A stretch of DNA of 64,000 nucleotides from Octopus sinensis. Taxonomy: Eukaryota. Under the pieces are notes generated by a model. It was given only the letters and a program-made list of their open reading frames with translations. It searched no databases and was not told the DNA's origin. Location of the stretch: NCBI RefSeq assembly GCF_006345805.1, contig NC_043004.1:23994001-24058000 (forward strand), given 5' to 3'. The position numbers and the translations under genes are program-made. Shown in pieces: positions 53,386 to 64,000 of this stretch (positions are counted from its first letter, which is position 1; each line of letters opens with the position of its first letter).

Positions 53386-55359
53386 ATATATAAATATATA
53401 TATAGATATATATAAATATACATAATTCACATATGAATAAATATACATATATAACATCTGTCATGCTCACAGGGGATCAGGGTTGAATCCCAGAGTAGCT
53501 TTCTATACCTTTTTCCTACTCAAGAGTCTTTTAACCCAATATTTATACACCACCATATATAGCTTTATACGCTTCAAGTGTCACCGATGCGAAATATAAC
53601 ATATCTGTATATTATCATATAGCATCAAAATCGTATGTACACAAACATTTCTTGTTCTATATCCTACATTATACACTTTAACATGTAGTATGAAGACTAT
53701 TTGCTGTTTGCTGATAAGTGTATTAAGAATATTTGCTACGAATATAAGATAAAATATATATTAGACATCAGGAAGTATTTTCTCTGGAATCAATAATATT
53801 GATTATATTGTTCTTAGTGGTATTGGTAGAATTCTTTTTCTCGACTGTAAAGGATCTTTAGAATCATTGCTTTGTAGAAATTTTGTCCTTAAATGTATTC
53901 CATATCCCAGCATAATAAAACTGAAATAACGAAATAGAACAACGCACCGCATAGAGGCGAGTATAAGGCAACTGTTCACAGCACTTCGGTATGGTTCTAT
54001 CGTCTTAAGTTGCTGAAAATTATAGCCAAATAGCCATCCGTCTTAAAGAAATTAAAGGACTTATTACGTAATTTCTAAAAATTGTTATAGGTGATTACCA
54101 ACGATAGGCCATATTTTGTGAATCAAGAATGAGTATAGACTACAAATAATAATAACAACAGCAGTAGCAAGAGCACAAACGATATGCATCGCGTTTTTTG
54201 CGTCTTCGCTTATCAATAGTTAGAAAGGTATTCTTCTCTGAATTATGAGGAAGAACTTACATAATTATTCCATTATTTTATTATCGGTTTTAACCAGAGG
54301 CTATGGCCATGCTGGTGCAGTATTTGATTTTCTTTAAGATCCTCCCACCCACGAAGCCTAACAAACAGCAGCATATATCATTTTTATGACTCATCATTGA
54401 AACAATATGAAGCAAAAGAAACATTCGTTGGGAAAATACGGCACACTGGAAAATATTCAGGAAACATATATTTCCAGATAAGCACTATCACGCTGAGAAA
54501 TCTATCTACTGAGCATAAGTATGTTCAATGTGAAAGAAAATCAAACAAGAAATATCATATAAAGGCGCAGTTTGGTTAGCGCACCATATTATCTTCAGTA
54601 TTAATAACGACAAAGGCACACCAATAATTTACCAGTAGCGAACATTAAGAAACTTGTCTTCAGAGAGAAGCAAAATCTCACATTTATAGAAAAGTAAAAT
54701 GCTGTTGGTGGTAGTGCTGGTCGTGGAGGTGGTGGTGGCGTTATTACTTTTGATTTCTTTCTTATTTCATGAATATTTATCATAAATGGAATATTGAAGT
54801 CATATGTTCCTCCGAGGAAATGTATGAGGGACAATTGATTTATAAACTGAAGGCTTCCGATATTTGGAAACGGATTTTCAAAGAATAAAAAAAAGCTACG
54901 TTCCACACTAATAAACCATTGCCAATAAAATATTTGATGTGTGAGAGGGCGTGTGAGCGCTAAGGCTGCTGTGTATGTGAATGAACATATATATATGTGT
55001 ATGCGTAATGCATTTTTCATAATTTGAATGCACGTATGTATTGGTGTATGTGCGTATATAGGCAGGTATGAATGTGTCTGGATATGTATATATGTATGTA
55101 TTTATGTATGCATTAATGTGTGCTACATATAAACACATACACATAAATATTTTATGCTTGTGTAATTAGTATATGTGTGTGTGCCTTTATATCTTATAGA
55201 GGTATTATGATAAAAATTGTTAGTGGTTGATATTAAGCATTTAATGGATCTGACATATGGTGTCAATCTTTCTAATAACAATAAAATTAATAAACAAAAT
55301 TAATAATAATGGTTTCAAATTTTGACACAACCCCAGCAAGTTTGGAGGTGATGGTAAGC

Positions 55360-55504
55360 CAATTACATCGACTCTACTGGTACATATGTTATCAACCCCG
55401 ATAGGGATAAATGGCAAATTTGCCCTGAGTGGAATTTGAACTCATAACAAAATGCCGCTAAGCAGTTTGCTCGGCGTGCTAACGATTCTGCCACCTCACC
55501 GCCT
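55360..55504 (-). mobile_element. SINE family A, decayed
   Basis: ggaatttgaactc...atgccgctaagcagtttgctcggcgtgctaacgattctgccacctcaccgcc. Confidence 0.7.
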
Positions 55505-55619
55505 TGACAACAACAATAATAATAATCATTTCTACTCGTGGCACAAGGCCTGAAATTTAGGGGAGGATTACATCAACCCTAGTGATTAACTGGTACTTGT
55601 TTTATCGTCGTCCTCTTCT

Positions 55620-55671
55620 ATGTAGTAGTAGTAGTAGTAGTAGTAGCAGCAGCAGCATCAGTAGTAGTAGT

Positions 55672-55739
<68 letters not shown>

Positions 55740-55740
55740 A
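55620..55740. repeat. (AGT)n/(AGC)n microsatellite
   Basis: Directly visible; gives the poly-Ser ORF. Confidence 0.95.
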
Positions 55741-56226
55741 ATTTGTTATAAACAATATGTTACTGATTATAACGATTTTCTTCAACGTGTGTGAAATAAG
55801 AACTTTATTAAATTTCTCTCACACGATTCCGCTACCTTCGCTAGGAAAAATATTCTAACTGTGTTAACAGTTAAAAGCCGGGAGGAATTCGAATATTCTT
55901 TCATGATTAATAACTGAATTTACCTTTGACTTGTAAACTTAAAGTATTAAATTTATCCTTTAGTTGAAATGCGTTGAAATAATGAAATTATCCTTTGAAA
56001 GTTATGAAGACTAAGGGAACACAAAATTGAAATACATTATTGTATGTCAGTTAATAAATCAAATTTTTATTATATTTTTGTCGGTTCTTATGATATTCTA
56101 GTTAAAGCGATTTTATTTGTCGTAAAGCTTTGTCAGAAATTATGGGAGACGGAGATACTCTCGATAATCTCGACTGGAGCAAATTAACTGCGTCAAGTTT
56201 ACTTCTCTTTGCTTCACATCAACAAG

Positions 56227-56603
56227 GGCACGGGAGTGGCTGTGTGGTAAGTAGCTTGCTTACTAACCACATGGTCATGGGTTCTGTCCCACTGCGTGGC
56301 ACCTTGGACAAGTGTTTCTACTATAGCCTCGGGCCGACCAAAGCGTTGTGAGTGGATTTGGTAGACGGAATCTGGAAGAAGCCCGTCGTATATGTGTGTG
56401 TGTTTGTGTGTCCGGGTTTGTCCCTCCAACATCATTTGACAACGGATGCTGGTGCGTTTACGACCCCGTAACTTAGCGGTTCAGCAAAAGACACCGATAG
56501 AATAAGTTCTAGGCTTACACAGAATAAGCTTTGGGGTCTATTTGCTCGACTAAAGGTGGTGCTCCAGCGTGGTCGCAGTCAAATGACTAAAACAAGTAAA
56601 AGG
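56227..56603 (+). mobile_element. SINE family B, near full length
   Basis: gggagtggctgtgtggtaagtagcttgct...cagcgtggtcgcagtcaaatgactaaaacaagtaaaag. Confidence 0.9.
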
Positions 56604-57999
56604 ATTTTAAAAAGGGGTGAACTGGTAGAGTCGTTAGACTATTGGATTGGGTAATGATATTTAGTCCGTCTCTGCGATCGAGTTTCAAATGCCACCAATG
56701 TCAGCTTTGAATAGAAAGTACCAATGCAGTGGAGCCGAATGCTACAGCATCGGAAGATTGTCTGGTAGTCTCTATTCCAACTCTGTGCAGTTTAAGTTCA
56801 AATCTCGATCTGTCATCAATAAAAGGTAACAATCTTTCAGGAATTACGACAGTCAAATAACATTAGCAATATCAAAAATCGATAGAAGCCTGGTGTCCTT
56901 GGTTCGACCCGATGATCGATTGTCCCATGGCATCAACTACATAAGTAGTCAGAGATCTTGAATGTATACGAAGCTACATCTCATCATTTATGTTATATCT
57001 TAATTTGAGATCAATAGCATGGTTAGTTGCAACAGACCAGCCATTAGTTTACAGTAATTCTGACGAGGAGAGGACGAAAGGAGTGTCAGTAAATCGAGAG
57101 AGGAGAAACATCGTAAGTGACTTTGTTTGGAAAGGATCGGTACTGTCAGTTTTTTCGTCAAAATTTACATGGTTAAGGTTAAACAGAAAACACACATACG
57201 CGCACACCAATATGCACACAAATACACACACTCACAACAATAAACACACAAACATAGACACACCCGCAGAAACACACGCACTCGCACACACGTACATTGA
57301 AAAACTATGGTATACGTTATGTATTCTTTATATATGCGCATTGTTAAGGCAAACTATAGTTGATTTTATACAAGACATGAACATTTATCTGTTACCTTTA
57401 AAATCGCTTACTTCATTCTCTTATCTGAAAACGCAAGTTACGTTAGTCATAAAATCATTTTGGGGCCGCCATCTCTACATCAGTATTATTCCTCTTTTGC
57501 TCTCCGTAGTTTCAATATTATAATTAGTTGCTTTAATGTGATGAATGCATTGTGTGGATGTACTTCGTTTTGCTTTGTTATATTCCATTATATCTATTAC
57601 AACTGGCTGTTTTGATATGTTGTATATAAAAGGAATCCCCTCAAATTTCAAAAGCACTAGAAGAAACGTTAGACTATTTTATTGATAAGGCCATAAAAAT
57701 TCTATTTTTCAATAACTTAAAAGCACAACAAAATACAAATTAAGAAAACCATTTGTTTTTATATGTTCACAAGCTGAAGGAGGGTAGACTCTCAAAAAAT
57801 TTTAATTCCTTCATCAACTCACAGTGGGTGTTCATCAACAGCACCAAATACTTGTTTTAAGATATTTTGATGTAGCTGAGATAATGCAACGTACATTCCC
57901 AACAGAGAGCTAAATCGATAATGACAATTTTATTAAACCATTTTCATCAACATTTTGTTTATTAAACTGTAATATTTTTCAGGTATTCGCAAGCGGCAA

Positions 58000-58199
58000 T
58001 CATGTGGAGTGTGTACTACGTGAACACATGGTTCCCGGTTCAGTCCCACAGCGTGGCACCTTAGGCAAGTGTCTTCTACTATAGATTCGGCTGACCAAAG
58101 TCATCTGAATGGATACAATTATACATATATACATATGTACGTGAGTGTGTGTGTGTGTAAGTGTTTGTGTGTATGTGAGTGAGTGTGAGAGTGAGAAAG

Positions 58200-58234
<35 letters not shown>

Positions 58235-58440
58235 GTGTGTAGTGTGTTTTTGTGGCTGTGTTTGTCCCCCACACCGCTTGCCTGCCGGTGTTGATGTATT
58301 TACGTCCCCGTAAGCTTGTGGTTCGGCAACAAACAGACCGATAGAATAAGTACCAAGCTTTAAATATAGAAGTACTGGAAACGATTCGTCCCAATAAATT
58401 CAAGGCGATGCCCTGCAAGGCCGCAGTTACATTACAAAAA
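58000..58440 (+). mobile_element. SINE family B, decayed, with expanded internal microsatellite
   Basis: acacatggttcccggttcagtcccacagcgtggcacc... and the tail gaccgatagaataagtacc. Confidence 0.75.
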
Positions 58441-60240
58441 CAATTATAAACGAAAGATATATTATTACACACACATATAAGCATATACGTAGAGATCGAT
58501 GGATTAAAAAAATCAAATACATGTCTATATATCTATATCCTCTTTCCTTTTTTAAGCATAAATGGAATTCCCATGGCATAGAAATCTCTTCTATTTCAAG
58601 ATTTGTGGAAATATTTCATTTAGAGATAAATAGAAATGTAGGCATACAAAAAACGAGACTCTGTAACACATCTGATTTTTCATTCTCACCAAGTGTACGA
58701 AGTCAAATTTAAATGAATGACATTGAAATATAACGAATATTGAACATATTAATTACTCATCACGGCCGATTTTTGAATAAACTTACGTTCATAAATCTAT
58801 CGAGATTTATAGAAAATAAAGATAAAATTGTTTAGTATGACTAATTTAGCATATTGTAAAATATATTATGATTTAAAGATAAAGGACGCAATCCATAATT
58901 TTATAGAATATAACTAACTTATTTTAGCAATACTGGGCTGTATATAATAGTTATGTCAATTTTGTAGAACTGTCAATTCTGAAGAGAAGTATAGTGTCGG
59001 TCTGCTTGACATATTTAATATTAGTGTTAACTGCAAGTGTGACGAAAAGAAATCTATTGGGAAATAATTATGCGGCGAAGGAATAATTTTTAATCAATGC
59101 TAAATACTCTTTTATATAATTTATATATTTCATCAAGTACGAAAGACAAATATATTCATGTTTCGGTTTTATTCTCCTTGTATTAGCGAAACATGTAGTT
59201 GTAAGGTAGTGACGAAAGAACAACTATGTAAATTTTTAATATATTGTACTTTTCGTAGAAAAATAGAATGAGACGCATATAGATATGAGTTCGGAATTAT
59301 CAGTCGTAACGGTTCTCTCTTACTGCTAGTGTTGAGAACATACGTTCCAACTAAGATATTTATTTGCTAACAACCACGTGTTTACTGCCTGCACAGCACT
59401 ATCCAACCGATAACAAGCTATCACCCATTAATATAGACTTGAAGGAGAATCACACTCGAAATTCAATGACTGACGATCATCTGTTGTTGTCATTGACAAA
59501 CAAATGGAAAATAGAGACTCCTCTGTCTGTACTTATCATACGAGTAGAGATAAATGAATTGAAAGCACACATAAATTAGTGTACTATTTAACAGGAGGAA
59601 CCTCATTCTGTATGTTTGAAATGTTTAATCGACAACTATCAGAGACAAGTAATGAGACTGAAGACAGTATGTTTATAACACAAACAAAGATAAGGATAAC
59701 AAAATGAAACAAATATTTTGTTGAGTATTCATTGACCTTGAAAAAAAAAAGTCTGTTAAAATCACAACAGCTGTTTATCTGAAGGTGATTTCTTTCAGCA
59801 CGTTTATAATCTACCATCATTAAGAAGGTGTATAAAGAACCATTTTAAAAGAGCAATTCAATATCATTTTCGGTTTAATGTAATAGATAAGAAATATCTA
59901 TTTAAAAAAATTCACAAATAATTTCTTTCAAGGATTTCGTCTATTTTAAAAAAAAACATTCCTTGGATATTATATTAGCTGTTATAAGTAGTTTCTGCAA
60001 AACACATCAGTGCTTAAGTCTCATATTGTTATGCTATACATTGTGAACCAATAGTATAAAGCATAGTGAATTAAATGCAACTTGATAAGGCAGGTTTAGA
60101 AGGGAGTTTATAAATGATACTCGAAATAATAATGAAATTCGTTGTGGCAAATGAGTTTGAACTTAATAGATTTAGTAGAAAACTGATATTTAATGGCAGA
60201 TACGTACACACAGACAAAAACACACACATACACACATACA

Positions 60241-60310
<70 letters not shown>

Positions 60311-60385
60311 CATATATGCATATACATATATACATATATATACATATATACATATACATATATATATACATATATATACATATAC

Positions 60386-60483
<98 letters not shown>

Positions 60484-60863
60484 AGATATATATATATATA
60501 GAGAGAGACATATATTTAATAGAAACAGGTTTCAAAGAAAAAAGACTACACGTGGCATGAACAGGGGAAAAGTAAAAGGAAAGAATGAAAATGCACGCTA
60601 AGTATAAAAGTAAACGCTATTTTAATAAAAACAAAGGTATGTACATAGAAATAAATGATCAGCCACAGCTTAATATGAACACACAACTTAATACAGGACG
60701 CTACTGTCCTTACTAATACCAATAATCCTACTAATTCTTAGACATCCCATATACCATTCATACTCTATTAATCATATTAATTTAACTGCATGACATTCAG
60801 AACTGCTCACCACCCATGCATGAAATCTTTTCACTCAGGCACTATAAGATATGGTGTTGATTC

Positions 60864-60902
60864 AAAGTCAGTGAACAGCGATGGTGAAACCGGTATGACT
60901 TT
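60864..60902 (+). ncRNA. Degenerate minimal hammerhead-like motif
   Basis: AAAGTCA GTGAACA GC GATG GT GAA ACCGGT A TGACTTT: perfect 7-bp helix I and palindromic helix III; CUGANGA has two substitutions. Confidence 0.5.
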
Positions 60903-61223
60903 CTAAATTGACTCATTACAATGATGTTTATACTTCTTAATTCCACCTCAAATAATTTATTTGTAAGTATATCCATTGTGTATTTACTTTCTGTCTTTTT
61001 ACATTCCGCCTGCAAATGTATATATATATATACTTTTGGTGACATCTTCGTTCGACTCCATTCTTTCATTTATTCATATACAACACACACATTTCTGCAC
61101 ATGAACCCGGAGTTTCTACTCTTGGACAGGTCGCTTCAACCGTGTTTCTGACGTGAATTCACTACCCTGGTTTCGGTTCAACGAATTTTCTATGCTGACG
61201 ATAAACATAGGATAATTCATTCA

Positions 61224-61293
<70 letters not shown>

Positions 61294-61832
61294 ATATATT
61301 ACATATATACATATATATACATATATATATACATATATACACTCTAGTTGTGTGAGTGTCTGTCCCCTTCGATTTAGATTCCTAAGTCCTCCCACATTTT
61401 GCGGTGCAGTTTAACCAAATTCGGGTATCTTATAGTCGTGATTCATATCGAGCCCGTCTGACTATTAGCGCGCGTCAACGATGAGTCTACGATTTTTAAA
61501 ATAATTTAACATAATTTTTTATTCCATTTTAATGCATAAAATGCATCGTGTGTCGATGGCGGCGGAGTTGGCGTCCACGCTCACAGCTGCACCTGTTTGC
61601 TTCTCCCCCTTCCCTCCCTCGTGAAGCTGTGGGGAAGGGAGTGTAAAGAAATCAACGTCGTAATGCGTTGTGAAGGAAACCAGCGTTCTTTTAGAACAAC
61701 GACTTCATGGCTTGAAGACACCAAAACAAAAATGGCTAAGAAAGCCCGAATTTATAAGGGAAGTAACTCTCTAAAAATGCTTATATAGTTATTTCCCTTA
61801 CAAACCCGAGCAACGCCGGGCGATACTGCTAG
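61224..61832 (+). mobile_element. Non-autonomous Helitron, tandem copy 1 (5' end dissolved in a (TA)n expansion)
   Basis: Body 61341-61832 is homologous to copy 2; ends cccgagcaacgccgggcgatactgCTAG. Confidence 0.8.
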
Positions 61833-62345
61833 TCTATATATATAAAACTGTAGTTGTGTGAGTGTCTGTCCCCTTCGATTTAGATTCCTAACTACTCCCA
61901 CATTTTGCGGTGCAGTTTAACCAAATTCGGGTATCTTATAGTCGTGATTAATATCGAGCCCGTCTGGCTATTAGCGTGCGTCAACGATGAGTCTACGATT
62001 TTAAAAATAATTTAACATCATTTTTTATTCCATTTTAATGCATAATTTTTCGTGTGTCGATAGCGGCGGAGTTGGCGTCCATGGTCACACCTGCACCTGT
62101 TTGCTTCTCCCCCTTCTTCCCTCCCTCGTGAAGCTGTGGGGAAGGGAGTGTAAAGAAATCAACGCCGTAATGCGTTGTCAAGGAGACCAGCGTTCTTTTA
62201 GAACAACGACTTCATGGCTTGAAGACACCAAAACAGAAATGGCTAAGAAAGCCCGAATTGGCATCTATAAGGGAAGTAACTCTCTAAAAATGCTTATATA
62301 GTTATTTCCCTTACAAACCCGAGCAACGCCGGGCGATACTGCTAG
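61833..62345 (+). mobile_element. Non-autonomous Helitron, tandem copy 2
   Basis: Starts TCTATATATATAAA directly after the CTAG of copy 1; ends with hairpin plus CTAG followed by T. Confidence 0.85.
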
Positions 62346-62348
62346 TAC

Positions 62349-62387
<39 letters not shown>

Positions 62388-62589
62388 ATGTTATATATAT
62401 ACAAATATATACACATATATATATAAACATATATATATATATATACATATATAAATATGTAAAGGCGGTGCTCCAGCATGGCCGCAGTCAAATAACTGAA
62501 ACAAGTAAAAGAAAAGAAAGAAAAAAGAAATATATATCTATATATACATATATATGTATATGGCACATATATATATGTCTAGCGCAGAT

Positions 62590-63064
62590 GTGATTCATTA
62601 TGATTTCATTAAACTGGCTCATCAATCACAGCCGAAATATACTGCAGACAACTCGGCCAAATGATGTAGAAACTTACAAAATCCAGCCTAGATTAGTCAA
62701 CAGATCCACTCCTATTTTATTGCAAGACAAGGCGAAACTACAGGATTTGGATAGGAAGTTCTCCATCATCCACTATTCTGACCTGATTTTGCCCCCACTG
62801 ACCACCACTTCTTCCAGAATTTGGCTAACTTTATGATAGGAAAAAAACTTAATTCCGACAATGCTGTAAAACAGGCCTTCCAATATTTTATTGACTATAG
62901 ATTGCCAGGCTTTTACAGTTCCGGGCTGGACAAGCTACCGCTGAAATGGCAAAAGTGTATTGACAATATGGGTGCATACTTTGATGAATAAAACTACTCC
63001 TTGTATTTATAAAACATTAGCAAACATTTTCTTCTCTACAAATTTTATAGTTGACGGCCTAATA
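62590..63064 (+). mobile_element. Mariner (SETMAR/Hsmar-like) transposase 3' remnant with right end
   Basis: VIHYDF..SITAEIYCRQL..QPRLVNRSTPILLQD..LHHPLF*PDFAPTDHHFFQNLANFMIGKKLNSDNAVKQAF...GLDKLPLKWQKCIDNMGAYFDE*; terminus ...agttgacggcctaata. Confidence 0.85.
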
Positions 63065-63139
63065 TATCATACATATTTTCATGCATGCCCAAGGACACGC
63101 ACACATATGGATAGTGAGGAAGATGGATAAATAGACAGA

Positions 63140-63310
<171 letters not shown>

Positions 63311-63597
63311 ATAATTAAAGAAAAAAAATATGATATGCTACGTCCTCAACAGGGTTACTATGAAAAAGCCTGAAGGCACTTCAGACTTTTAGTTTCCATT
63401 CCCAACCTCAAAACAATGTAGTGGTACTTACATTCTCTTGATATCAACTGACAAGTAAACGCACCTACAAGGGTGCAGTATGAGCGTGTGAGGACAATAC
63501 ACATTTAACATCAGAATTATAACGTTAAACTTTATAAAATTAGTCTTGTTTCACTTACAATGAAAAAAATTCTTATAGTAAGGAGGTTGAAAATTGC

Positions 63598-63618
63598 ACA
63601 CACACACACATACACACA

Positions 63619-63698
<80 letters not shown>

Positions 63699-63733
63699 CA
63701 TATATATACATATATATATACATATATATACAC

Positions 63734-63792
<59 letters not shown>

Positions 63793-64000
63793 TATATACA
63801 CGTATATATACATATATACATATACATATATATATATATACATATATACATATATATATATACATATAGATATATATATACATATAGATATGTATATATA
63901 CATATAGATATATATATATACATATAGATATACATATATACATATATATACATATATACATATATATATATACATATATACATATATATATATACATATA
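63598..64000. repeat. (CA)/(TA)/(TACA) compound microsatellite running to the window edge
   Basis: Directly visible. Confidence 0.95.

Noticed and set aside
57059-57092. CTGACGA-G...C-GAAA...GTC hammerhead-like spacing
   Set aside because: Helices I, II and III do not pair.

Overview
AT-rich, gene-poor eukaryotic DNA, most likely an octopod cephalopod (inferred from the tRNA-derived SINE families and the extreme (TA)n/(CA)n/(TATC)n/(AAT)n load; not confirmed by search). I find no convincing intact protein-coding gene; nearly all track ORFs are microsatellite read-through. The window contains about 15 SINE copies of four families (labelled A-D here), three decayed R4/Dong-like non-LTR retrotransposons, Penelope-like (PLE) remnants including a GIY-YIG fragment, two mariner transposase remnants, two MITEs and three non-autonomous Helitron units (two in head-to-tail tandem). 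Two patterns stand out. (1) About ten minimal hammerhead-ribozyme-like motifs with a self-complementary helix III are scattered on both strands, some with intact cores. (2) Three near-perfect fold-back inverted duplications sit beside microsatellites; these may be real template-switch products and dsRNA substrates, or assembly artefacts. A few weak candidate exons are flagged. Boundaries of decayed elements are approximate and all identities were estimated by eye.
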